64,000 nucleotides of DNA from Antedon mediterranea (taxonomy: Eukaryota > Animalia > Echinodermata), in assembly GCF_964355755.1 (NCBI RefSeq), contig NC_092680.1, positions 20,035,045 to 20,099,044 of the forward strand. Reading direction: 5' to 3'. The notes below the pieces were generated by a model. That model made no database searches. It had not been told where the DNA came from and saw nothing but the letters and a program-made list of their open reading frames with translations. Shown piece by piece: positions 51,601 through 64,000 of the stretch (position 1 is the stretch's first letter; every line of letters starts with the position of its first letter). The translations under genes and the position numbers were made by a program.

Positions 51601-54600
51601 TGGATTGAAAGAAAAGGATGTTAACCACTAACCTACAACTACATTTTTAAATGAATCTAACCTTAAATATGACAGGGTAAATTCTTGAAACCTTGAGTTC
51701 ACTGTATAATCTTGAAAAGCATTTAGGAAGTCAGTAGTCACAACATCGAGTAGGAGTTGGCAAATCAATGAATCATTGAGAGGCTTACATTTTTTTAAAT
51801 CGTCCAGTAGGCTGCAAGAGTAAAAACCATATATTATAATATAATGTCATGAATTATAAAGATATTATATCATAAGATATAACATTAATGTGTGAATAAA
51901 GTGGTTGTTAGGAAAAAAATTCTTACTCATCGAGAAACTGTATGAGTTTTGGAATTCTCGCAAACAGTCTTCTATATTCGCCATCTTGTAAAATGCCATT
52001 CTGCGGATTAAGTGCGGCGTTCGTGACGTAACGACTATTGAGTGCATTCAAGTCTTCTAAACATTTGCTCACAAAATCCACAAATTCTTTGAAAAGCTAT
52101 AAAAAGGGTAAAGTAGTTTTGTAGTACTCAGTATGTGTTATAATTATTATCTAAACAATGTTTAAATATGAATGATTGAATTCTGAATTATTTTCTGTAT
52201 AATATATTCATAATTGCATTAAAAGTGATTGCTATCGAACTGTATGAATAGGTTATCATAAACGATAAATAACATGATTTACTGAGGTCTAAAAGATAAT
52301 TGTTTACTTACTGTTTCTGTGGTTTGAACGTCTCTGTTTACGTTGGCATATCTTCGCATCATAATATGTAAAAGTAAGAAGTGTAGAACAAAACAAATAT
52401 ACAAACATTATACATCAGTAGTAAAAATAAATGTCAGATTAAATTTAATTTATTTCTGCATTTGGCAAAAACAGCTTACTTTATCTCAATGTAGTTTCCG
52501 CAACCTATGCGTCGCGACCAAAATGTTTGGGTCGCGAAAAATAAATTGATGTATTTACCGGCGGAAAAAGTAGCTGACTAAGATCATTATGCCAATAAAA
52601 TTACGAGCGCGCTATTTTTTAGAGTGTCATTTTCGGCCAACTAGAGGTGCCATTTATTATATTTTTTACGTGTGAGAGTACCATCTCCAGCCAGGGGTTC
52701 ATTTAACAAAATGCGCTTTGCCACAGGGTAATATGTGCATTTTTGATATAGGCTGCCGGTGGCTAAATGCCTGTGGCCCCATTACTAGAGAGTACTATAA
52801 TGATAGTGCTTATGTATAAATCACGACTATGTATTCAATTCAATTTTATTTCGGAAATATCATCCATATTAATAAACTTCGTAAAAAAAATCGTAAACTC
52901 TAAACTTAAGTATATAGAATGCTTCTCCATCTACAATACATTTTGGAATTATGGAGCATATGTTTGCAAACACAAGCAACAAGGATGTTACCAATATTCA
53001 ACATACGTTGCAATGCATTATATTAATATGACGATAGAAATCGCAAAGATAGCTTATCTATTTCATAAATTAACTTAACTGTCTCAATATCTTTCAAAAA
53101 GAAAAGAAAAATAATATTCATTTTCCATAAAAAAAAGTTCGTAGAGCTAGGTTCGAACCGTACCCAATCTAGATCTGAGGGTACTCAAAACCGAGCATTA
53201 CCCGTTACGCCAGAAAGTACATGACTGAACAGCTGATAATAGTCTATTTATACGTACTTCATATTACATAATACATCCTTACGTCATAAATATATTCATG
53301 ACCTGCTTATATGCCAGATGACCGATTAGCTCAGACGGACTGAGCGTCGTGTTAACAACACGGATGTCATAGGTTCGAACTGGTCGTGGTGGAATTGAGT
53401 TAAAGCTTGCGAGCTAAGTGCTTCGGGTTCACAGAATAATACGTCCCCCCTTTCCGCCACAAAAGCAAGTCAATGCATCTGGTGATGCCGTGGAAAAAAA
53501 ATTATATGTCTCTGCCACAGCATTAAATCCAATTCAATTCAATTCAAGAAACGTTTATTGACCAAAAATATTATATAATAACATTAACAATGGTTGGCAT
53601 ATAATATTACCAGATGCAGGGATTCGATTTCGTAAATGTTATGCTTAGCACCCTCAATTTTAAGAACATAAAAACATGTCAACAAATTAGGAACAATGTA
53701 GAACATTGTAAAGATGATACCGATGTTGTTTTCGTAAGATCAAATACGCAATGTTGGGTTGCGAAAATGTCCAAAATAGGATCATGGGGTCGCGGTCAAA
53801 AAAGGTTGCGGAACGCTGATTTAAATTTAGCTAAGTACTAGAAAGAAAAGACCATTTATTTATTTTAAAATTTTTAAAAGTTGTATTTATTCAGAGTAGA
53901 CAGAGCTGCTTAGGATAGACAGCTATTTCAATGCCATATATAATACGGTATCGTATATATAATACAATCGGTACTCACATTTCTCGTGAATCACAACAAG
54001 CCTCGATGTCAAACTCTAAAAAAACATAATATTTTAGCATTTAACATTTTAGGAAAAGAATGACTGTTCAGGATTAGTCTGCTATTGTCATATCGACTCC
54101 TACACTTGTTATCACAATGCGTACAATTTATTGTATACTATCGTCCATCCCCTACGTTGTTTTGGCGTTTTATAATACATTGATAGAACAGGAGGAGGTT
54201 AGTATTCTATAATAATAATAAGTAGCTCGAAGAATCCTAATATTTAAGGGCTTACTTGAAAATAACGAAAACAATTAAGAATCAAAAGTAAAGCATTATT
54301 CATCAACCAACAAATATCGGTCACTTACCTGTTTTGCCACCTGTCTGCTCTGAAGGTATTTGAGAGGATTTTCTTCTTCTTGCAAACGACAATGCTCCAA
54401 ATCGCTTTTTGAATGATTTTTGTCCTTTTCTTTCTTTGGTGGTTGTTGGTACAAGCGTATTGTCATTGAAAGCGGAAAAAACCACATATGGTTCTTCGTA
54501 TACGTTATCATCATACATTGGATCCACGTGAACACTGTCAACAACAAGGATGTATGGATGTAATTATGAAAAACTTGAGTGCTACTTTTATAGTATTCAT

Positions 54601-57600
54601 TTTGAAAATTAATTAAAGACAATAAATCTTTAACCGGAGAAAAGTTTACCCAGATGTTGCAAATAGAACATAAACAAAGGAGAAAATTAATTTAAGAAGC
54701 GACTGTGGCAAAAGATGTTATACTTATTACGAATTAATTTTTAAAAAAATGTAAACATATATGTTTAGGACCACCGTAGCCCACCACCAATCAATACAAA
54801 TAGTCACCTACTTAAATCTATCAGGCGGGTGGACAGTTTGTGAGGTTGTTTCTTTATCTTCTGGCTCAGTGTCATAATCTAAAAAGCTATCATCGCTAAG
54901 TTCATCTTGGTTATAATGTATGATCTGATTTTCTTGTTGGTCAACATCTTGGCTTTGTTCCTCAATCTGTTCCTGAAATACAGAATGTCGCCCCCTATCG
55001 ATTGCTTCTTCGGGGAGGCTTACTTTTTGCGGTTGCGCATGTGCATCGTGTGTTATTACAGGATATTCCATTTTGTGTACACAAGGCTTCTCTTTCTCAT
55101 GCACTATCCTGTTATCTGCTAATTTAGAACGATTTACTTCCTGCACAAATACCTTAACATAATAGTATATTTATAGTTTTTTGTTTGTTATTTTGACGCT
55201 ACATCGATTTAATTCATGTAAGAGTTGAAGAGAAAAGAAAGTATATATAGTTAATAAAAGACATGCCAACGATCCATGGGCATAATCGGAGACAACAATT
55301 GAACTTGGCTCTACTACTGCGTCACATGCCAAATTCATTCTTTTAAACGAGGAAAGAAATTATACTATGTAAACAATTGTACTGTATCTTGTGTTAATTT
55401 TAAATCGCTTGTTGGATCAAAAAAGTATATAAACAGAAACAAACTGAACGTGACCTGGGATTTTTCCGATTTTTTTTCCATTAATTTTCGAACAATAAAT
55501 ATGTTTTAACATTTATAAGGAGATGTAACTTTAAATTCAAACAAATACTTTGACTTTACTTTTAAATACATATGAATAAATTAGATAGTAGTAATAGAGC
55601 TTCATACAATCGTATTTTATCAATGTAATATATTTGATCAGATTTACATACATTAAATTAATGTTAATGACAAACGTACCGATGGTGTCTGCTTTCTATT
55701 ATTGTCACGCGCGCGTCCATTATTAGTTATGGAACGCCGATGAGCAATCACACCTCCAAATTTTTCCCTTAACATTCTCTGAAGCGTTGAAAATTTCTCA
55801 GAACCAATTCCTTCTGGAACTTTCCTACAAAGTGAAAACCAATTTTCATTTTATAAAAAAATCATAACGAGTTTTGTATTCAATCGTCTATAGATACGAT
55901 TGACCAAGTTTGCTTAAAATTGGATAGGTACAAAGCGTCTTTGAGAAGAAACCAATTTTAAATATAAAAAGTTAAAAATAAACCTTATACTTCTGAAAAA
56001 AATAATCGGATAAATTCGACATGCATTTGTATATTGTATTATATTAATTATATACTATATTTTAAATACTACCAATCGAATTGGTAATAATTTGCCGTCA
56101 CGTGTTTGGGATATTTGCAATACAAATATTACGCTGTATTTCATAAAGATAGTTACTCATTGATTTGAACAAGTAAAATATTTGTCTGTTCATGCTCCAT
56201 TTAAATCCAACCATGAAGAAATAATCTCCATGATCCAACGAACGGACTGACAATGATTATTATAAGTTTGCATGACATCTCTTGTAGGATTGAAAGTTGA
56301 TGCTAAACTATTGGATACTGTAAAGCAACTGTTATTCTTGTTTGGCGTTGTAAATGTATTTTTTCCAAAAAATTGCCAATTTTCGACCCTTATAATTTTA
56401 ATTCACATAACAGGTTAATATATGATAATAAATAACGTGCACACGGTAGACCAACTAATAATTACTCTTCTTTCATAACTTTTACACCTCCCTTCTCATC
56501 GCCTTAATTACATCCCTCCCGGCCCCTCATCATTTATCAGAAATTTATCAAATACAATAAAAATATTAATCCGATTGTTAACTTCACTTAGCATCCCACT
56601 CTATTCATAATAGTAACCAAATGACGTCATCCGGTTTGATTCACTTTGAAATAAATCACTGAAACGAAAATGACCTATCCAACCATGATTGTTCATCCAC
56701 ACATGTCCCATACATGTTAATAGACAGATCGAGAATATTTTTACTGAATCTACAATATATTACATTACATTAGACAGTATAAAGTGTAATGTTTGACCTA
56801 ATTAAAATTCTTTCCAGTTCCATAGTTTAACTTTTAATCGTTAATGGTATTTATAAAAATACATACATTATCGGAAAAATAATTATGATACACGCAATCA
56901 CAGGTTATTATTATCACCTCTGAGCATTTCAATTTTCCTTCTTTTAAGCATTATTAAAATATAATATCTTACCTTGAATTGAATATATCTTGAAAACTAA
57001 CATGCTTAGCTGCAGAAGATATCGGCCTAGTTGGCGTCGTTTGATGATCCCGTTGAGGAACTTCTGTCAATGCTTTTCTATTGCTCAGACGTTTGTTTGA
57101 ATGTTTTGGTATCTGTTGCATGTCTTGTTCGGTACAATGATTACTAACTCTCCTTTTCTTTTTCCTATCATTTTGTCTTTTTTCAATTTCATTTACAACT
57201 ATACACTCTTCTTCTTGATTAATTGATTTGCATTTAGATCGTGTTGGTATGTCTGTATTTTTGTTGGGTTTTCTTACGTTTGTATTAAGTTTCTTATATT
57301 CTCGTGGTTCGCGCATCTGTAATGTGTGTTCAGATGACACTTCGTCACGCGTGATGTCATAATCAGAATGTGTCTCACCATTATAATCACTGCATTCTGA
57401 TTCACTGTCTAAATCAGGGGCTAAAGACGTACCAGATTTTATAAAATATAAATCTTCTGAACAATCACTGTCGCCATGGTTACCATTCTCTAGAATATCA
57501 AGACCGTGTGAACGTGGGTCTACGTAGGTTATGGTGTTAAAGTCAGATTTATTTAAATCTTCCGACTCACTTTCTACATGCCCTATTATTATCAAAGGAC

Positions 57601-58441
57601 ATGATAGAGCTGTATCAACATATTCTGTATGATTATCAATCTTTGAATTAACCGAAGCCTGAATCAAATTGTTATCTTGTTTCATTTCGTTTGATCTTCT
57701 TGGCCTGCACGTTCTTACTTGTTCTCTTGAGTTAGGCTCATTTGTTCGAGATCGCGAACATGAACTACTGCGTCCTCTGTTTCCAGGCGTAGTGTTCGGT
57801 TTTCTTCGTGTTTCGCGATGTTCATGCATGCTATCACAATTCTGTGTGTTCTTATCGTATAATTGATCGGTTTGATCATTTTCACTATTACTAGTTTCGT
57901 CATCCTGGTCAATATAATTCCGGTTCTTGTGATTTGTTTTTGTGTGGTAAACGTCCTTTTCTGTTCTTTTATTTTGTTTCTGATTCTTATCAATCGATTC
58001 AAATCTCAATTCCTCTGTCTGCCATAATGTCCTTTCATCTGCCGTAGAAAAACATCTAGGCACAGATTTCGAACGTGTGTTTTTATTGTTTACTTTACTT
58101 TCAGAAGATAGCTTTCTAGTCCTAGCAGGAGCTGGGCCTTCATATAAAGTTTGCCTTCTTTGATATCCTGCATGCGTGTCAGACGTAAATAACTGTTTAT
58201 GACTTTTTCCTCCCTTAGTATTCCTTATCGATGGATTGACTGTGCAGGTAATCTTTCGCGTCTGAGCAGTAGACTGCTTTTCAACAGACCACGCTGGATT
58301 CTCACTCACGCTATTTATCTTCAGTTTAGAGCCCCTGCTGAGATCAGGTGTTGATTTTGCCATATCTGTAGTCATGCTCGCTTCAAACAGCTTTCTCAAA
58401 TCTTTTATACTGCGACGTTGGTCCGTTGGTAGTTGCGACAT
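48633..58441 (-). CDS. Gene D: single-cassette ephexin-like DH-PH-SH3 protein with a long low-complexity N-terminus (about 15 coding exons)
   Basis: Exon 1 56973-58441 (490-aa ORF), 55680-55824 (GIG..FGG exon), 54812-55140, 54329-54534, 53979-54015, 52312-52333, then cassette-2-type exons about 51927-52096, 51662-51811, 51368-51512, 51043-51246, 50539-50717, 50195-50386, 49393-49463, 49004-49105, 48633-48832 (GWVRAVHLGNNNQGWIPKSCLG...KHDRKK*). Confidence 0.82.
52492..53818. mobile_element. hAT-like non-autonomous element with nested insertions, in a gene D intron
   Basis: Ends AGTTTCCGCAACCT ... AGGTTGCGGAACGCTG and sub-terminal GGGTCGCG motifs at both ends. No TSD recognised. Confidence 0.55.
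53320..53388 (+). mobile_element. tRNA-Ile(AAT)-like SINE head or tRNA pseudogene
   Basis: GACCGATTAGCTCAGACGGACTGAGCGTCGTGTTAACAACACGGATGTCATAGGTTCGAAC: A box, anticodon arm and B box present; 3' side of the T-arm missing. Confidence 0.65.
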
Positions 58442-58904
58442 TGTCGTATCGCATGGAAACGGTCAAGACGTAGTTTATCAAACACTTGTGCGTGTTGAAA
58501 TGACAGAATCTACAGAATTCCCAAAACCATCTTACCGTCTTATTATTTTCGCCTCGTTAACCGCCAACGAGCAAACTAACTAGCTGTTTTCACGATCTCC
58601 GATCATCCGAGTAGAACGTATTCACATGGATGTACACTGCCTGTGTCAGCAGCACAAATTAAGCACAAAACCGTGTACTAATAATCTAATACAATCACTT
58701 TGGTATCAAAATAAACCATTAGCGACGTGATATCACTAACTATCTCTTTATGTTATTCTTAAGGTTGACAGATATAGCGTAGTTAGTTTTAATTAGTTTA
58801 GTTCTAATTTAATTTGAAATATAATTGTAGCATGAACGTATACCTACCACACTATTTTAGTAGGTCTACCGTTAATGATAAATACCTGGATAAAAATAAT
58901 ATCC

Positions 58905-59080
58905 TGGATTTATATAGCGCCTAATGTTGTGAAACCTCTAAGTGCTGAAAATTATTACTCCAGTCATTTTTGATCAAACACCTATTTAAACATACTCCCA
59001 TAATGCAGCTTGTAGTAGCGCAAAGTTGTGTCTTGATCTAACCGGGTACCTATTTATACACCTGGGTGGAGAGAGGCAAA
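58905..59080 (-). mobile_element. SINE fragment (conserved central domain and L2-type tail) between genes D and E
   Basis: Minus strand reads TGCCTCTCTCCACCCAGGTGTATAAATAGGTACCCGG ... GGCGCTATATAAATCC, recognised from memory as a widespread invertebrate SINE core and tail. Confidence 0.55.
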
Positions 59081-59637
59081 CCAAAAAAAAAATCAATTCA
59101 ATAATATAAATGCACGGAAACAGATTTGGCTAATAGTAAAAATGTAACAATGTTTTGATATTGTATAGAATATTATAGCTATGTATCAAATCCCTCTGTT
59201 CACAATTCTTATGTTGTCCTAAATTCCATATTTTTTACGCGACTGAACGATTTGGAGCACAACAAACAATGGCCCTGACAAAGAAAAACAGGCGTCAACT
59301 GTTTTTAAAAGAAAAAAAAACATAAATAAAAATTGATCTTGAAATAAGAATGTTCCATTTCTATTTTGTTGATTTCCAAAAATATGTGTATCGTTGTAAA
59401 TAGTTCATTTAGCGTATGAGCCATGCGCAGTGTGCGTAATACAATACCGTTGGAGTATGTTCCTTGTTTATTTGAACTATACTGATAATCGTTGATGCGT
59501 GAGTGGGTATTGTGCATTGATCTATTATAGTTATAATACAAACTTTATTAAAGTCCCCTAAAAGTTCAATGCATACAATAAGCAAACGTTTTTGTTATAC
59601 TTGTTAGTTAGCTTCTATTATTCTACGGGTACATATC

Positions 59638-62600
59638 ATGGCGGAAAAGGTAAAACCCGCCGTTAAACCAAAACCACGGGTTCGTCCGAAATCTACAGGT
59701 TATGTGGTTGTACCTGTAAAACCGAAACAACCGCAAACTGGAAGTAAATTCGACGTATACAATTCACCAACATCTAAAGGAGGTAAACCATATGCTAAAA
59801 TTTCATGTACACGACCTTATGAAAACGGTGACGGTGTACCAGTAATCTCGAATTACCAGAAAGAAGGGAAAAGTGAGTATTTCTATTTGTATTTGTACTT
59901 TTGGCAGGTTCGTACGTAGGCCTACATTGGTTCAGATTAGCAACCCTCTCGCCAGCCGCCCTCCCCCCACCCTCCTCCTTCTCGGTTAAGAAGGTGCAGC
60001 TATGCTAAGACAAGTTTAAAGAAGAATAATTGATGTTTTGTTTCATTTCCATTCCTGCACGCTATATTGAAGCAGTTTTGTAGTAATTTGAACATAATGC
60101 ATGCGATTTTCTTCGTATGCTGATGAAAATTATATAAATAGATAGTCTTACTAACCTGGGGTTAGTAAGGCTATAATCTCCGATACTAGCTATATAAATA
60201 TGCCTGCAAACTATCATATATCTAGCCGTAATGACAATGTATTGCTATGGTATTGATTTATGAAATATTCTATTCTAGATCATAGTACAGTCTTGACTTA
60301 TTATACTCAAAACTATAAATAGTTACGCAGTAAATTTAATTTATAGATCATTGTTCTTTAGTTTTGGATTTGATATCTTTTTGCTGCTTTTTAAACTACA
60401 TATAAACTACTTATAATAAACCTTTTTCGTAAGCGAATTATATAGTGTCGTCACGTGATAATGGTATGTAGACCCAAGTATAAGTACTTCAAGCATACAG
60501 TGTTGGTCACACGCTTTTACATAAAGCCCACAATGCTTCAATTACCTATTTTAACCAGGGATAATAACAACTCCCTGTTTTAACTTTTTCAAAAGTACAG
60601 AAATGTTTCCTCGAATGCAATATCCGGGTAGACTTAATTAGATGTTAGGTGCAGTATACAACCGAATAAACGAATGCAACCGAATACAACCGAATAATGT
60701 AATGTTATATACCGTACAAAATTAGTTAACGAGAATTATATTAACGAGTTATTACCAAACCACACTGTACTATATAATAGGCCTAGTATACAAACAAAAA
60801 AAATATAGGCCTACAAATAATGTTTATGAGATATCACAAAAAATTTTAAGTGAAAATGTATATCCTACAGTTCATCTTTCACCAAATGAAATTATTTGTA
60901 TTAGGCCTATTAGGCCTACGCGAATATAAAACATTCATTTTTACTACTTTACTACTTTATTACTCATTCTGAAAGCATTTGTTTCATGTTATTGTCTTAA
61001 TGATACATATTTATAATAAAAAATGCATATTTTATTGAATTTAATTATAAACAATTTTTAAATAATTTTCAGAGCCGATAGACATTCCAAAAAGGTAAAT
61101 TTCTGTTGTTTTCTATAGAATTGCTATTGTAAGTGATCTGATCATAAAACAGACCTTACCATGATTACAAAATTGATAATGACGATGTATGGTATGGACC
61201 GTGCATCAGAAGATTGTTGTTGATGATGGTGAAGATGTCATTATATGATTTTAGAGGTGTTTACCACATGTTGGTCCTCAACATTCACTAATGTACATAC
61301 ATCTGTGTGAGAAGTTGAATAAATAAAATAAATTATAACAAAATAATAGTGGAATAAGTTGATGATTCTTTTGAACATGATCGTAATATAACATCTAATT
61401 TTTTAAATTCAGCCCTGTATCGCCAAAAGGGAATGTGAATTCTATACAACAAAAGGTAAGACCAACTGATTTATAAGTTGAACATTAATATACAAATAAT
61501 GTATTGGGTTATGTATGTGGGCATACTCAGGAACTAGCAGAATGTGTATACATAATAATAAACACGGTTGTCATATAAACTATTATGTCAAGAGGTATTC
61601 ATACTATTTTTAACTTTATAAACAAAATTTATCAATATAGTCCTCCAGGGAAGAGTGAAAATAATAACAATCACGCATTTTTGTTGATTTATAACATTTC
61701 TACTATTGGACAAAAAAAAATAAGTATAGATGATAGTGAAATAAAAATGTAATTAGCTATAGCCACGGTAAACATAGAACTGAACCAAAGAGTACATAGT
61801 GCGTAACGTAACCCACACTAATAACTAAATTCATGTTCCTATGCTTCACGGCTGTACGAAATGTGGCATACATGTATTACACATGAAATAGAAATCATAA
61901 ACCTGGAGTAAGCTTGCCGTTGTTTTACTATAATTTTATTCATTGTTTTGTAGCTTGTGATGGCTATGAGAAATGTCAACCCGGTTCCTCAAGCAAGTTT
62001 CACTTACGACTCTAGACAAGGAACAAATCAAGCAAAATGGCGAAAAGAAGACATTTATTATGAACAGGAGACAATAGATAATGAGTTTCGTTTGACTTTT
62101 TATTGTTGTGTTTTTAAAAATGCAATGTAGACTAACTGTAACTTGTAAAGAACAATACACATGTCAACTAAACCCAGATCAACAGAAACTTGTTTGGATT
62201 TATTTTCAGACATTTTAGTTTAATAGTCTATCCGTCAAATTTACATATTTGCTAATAGTCTTCTTTTTCTTTAAAAGTTCAATTAATTGAAGTTCATAAT
62301 CAGTATGCAACATATTTCCTATTTCTAATGAGTCAAGCTGTTTGTTTCATTGACAAAATAATGTTGTTATTTTGTCCATGCTTTATTCTAAACGTAGTCA
62401 ATTATAATGTTATGGTGGTGAATGTAAATTTGACGAGAAGAGAAGATTATGTACTTTTCCATGTAATGTATACTTTTCAACAATACACATACATAATCTA
62501 GGCCTTGTGCGAATGTACAGAGTAACCCAGCGAAGTGAGTTTCACTATCGTTCGTCGTTTATTCACATAAACAGTTTCAATTTATATACAAATTTATATA

Positions 62601-63492
62601 TACTTATTTCTATATAGAATTTATGACGATGTTCCTTCTGAAGAAATCGAGGAAAATTACGAAAATTTTGAGACAAATTCTGGTAAGAATGAGATTTTAA
62701 AAAGCAATTCACCACCACATCAATATTATAATAATATTGATAACCAGACTATCGGTAAATAGGATTAATTAGTTTTATCTTAATGTTCATAAAATATAAT
62801 CACTCAGTCAACACTGATCCATTATATATTTTGTTTATTCTACTAAAGGTGTCTCTCGGCGACAATCTCCGGGAAGGTATATAAAGGTAAGTAAGGATCA
62901 TTTATTCATGTCTTAGTAACATATATAAGTAATTATAAATAATGTGCTTAAATAGATCAAAAGGTTTCCATCAGAGACACGACCGTAATTATCTTTTATC
63001 GGTACTGTAGGCCTATCTATACATTTCTCGAGTATTATAGGAATACTCAAGGAAGCAGCCTTAGATGTGTTTTACATGTATCATCTTATCATAGACTATG
63101 CAGTAACCTAACCTTACATGATACAGGGTCCCAAATGATCACCAATTGCTGGATAGATCACCTTATTAAATATGGTTCAAATTAAAAGTAAAATAAATAA
63201 ATACAGAGACAACAAAAGAGATGCATATATTACCAATATAATAGGTAATCATTGAGTATAGTGAATAGACAAATAAGCAAATCATATACAACAATTAAAA
63301 AAAAAGAGTAAACGTTTCTTTTTAATGTTTTCAGGAATGTAGAGATTTTTATGAACGAGTGAAATGGACATATGAGTATATAAAGGAAACAAGAGAAAAG
63401 TACGAAAAAGATCAAGTACTGAGAGACGTACTTTTTCCCGGAGAACTAAAAATGTTCAATCATTTGGATGAAATTGAAGTTGCTCTATTCAG
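59638..63492 (+). CDS. Gene E (5' part): divergently oriented paralog with the A/B/C-type N-terminus and the first exon of DH cassette 1; continues beyond the window
   Basis: Exon 1 59638-59872 (MAEKVKPAVKPKPR...YAKISCTRPYENG), micro-exons 61073-61094 and 61413-61455 with the same phases (1/2/0) as A-C, tentative exon from about 61954, 62618-62682 (IYDDV..NYENF), 62849-62886, 63335-63492 (ECRDFYERVKW...KMFNHLDEIE, homologous to A 9753-9910). Confidence 0.78.
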
Positions 63493-63859
63493 GTATAGTA
63501 AATACACATGTAGGAAAGACATTAACTTCATTTATTTTGACACGCGCCGCCACGCAACGCAATACATTGTACAACCAGCCGATTTTCAATACTGTACGAC
63601 ACACGACTAGAAGCGTAATAACCAAACCCTAAATAATATTCAACCTCACTCCTAAATATTACTTGGATTTCATTCACTTTTATCGCAAAAAACAAGCAAA
63701 ACATTAATAAAATCAAAGTCAACATAATAAAATGGAATAGGAAGTTAAAGAAAAGATTCGCTTTACATCTAAAACAAATATAAAAGGCAAGAAAAGACCA
63801 AACAAGTGCTAAATACCTATGCTAGTTAGTCAACCCAGAACAGAGCACAGAAATAAAAA

Positions 63860-63976
63860 ACAAGACCAACAGCCATAAGACGCGTGCTAAAACGCATAGT
63901 GATACCGGACCGACAGACAGACCGACAGACCGACCGACATAGTGAACTATAGAGTCGCGCCAACGCGACTAAAAAA
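63860..63976 (+). mobile_element. Helentron/DINE-1-like non-autonomous element 3' end
   Basis: (GACA/GACC)n microsatellite followed by hairpin AGTCGCG-CCAA-CGCGACT and an A-run. Confidence 0.65.
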
Positions 63977-64000
63977 TGCATTCTACAATTAAAGCATCTA

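Noticed and set aside
53320-53388. Functional tRNA-Val/Ile gene
   Set aside because: The T-arm is incomplete and the sequence is embedded in repeat DNA.

Overview
AT-rich animal genomic DNA. The repeat content resembles a marine invertebrate, possibly an echinoderm, but this is low confidence. Almost the whole window is a cluster of five paralogous, intron-rich genes of a highly diverged ephexin/SGEF-like (ARHGEF16/26/NGEF-type) DH-PH-SH3 family; I assembled exons by eye from GT-AG sites and intron phase. Genes A (<1-13839), B (15591-32542) and C (34625-47312) lie in tandem on the minus strand. Each encodes TWO DH-PH-SH3 cassettes behind a Pro/Tyr-motif N-terminus. Gene D (48633-58441, minus) has only the second cassette, behind a different 490-aa exon 1. 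Gene E (59638->64000, plus) is head-to-head with D and has the A/B/C-type N-terminus and the start of the first cassette. A-C therefore look like E-type + D-type fusions joined at a phase-2 intron. Both DH types lack hallmark catalytic residues, so they are candidate pseudo-GEF scaffolds. B carries a Trp-to-TGA stop and C has lost one splice acceptor. Introns and spacers contain LINE fragments, MITEs, tRNA-derived elements, a Helentron-like end and a Penelope-type minimal hammerhead ribozyme. No database search was run.
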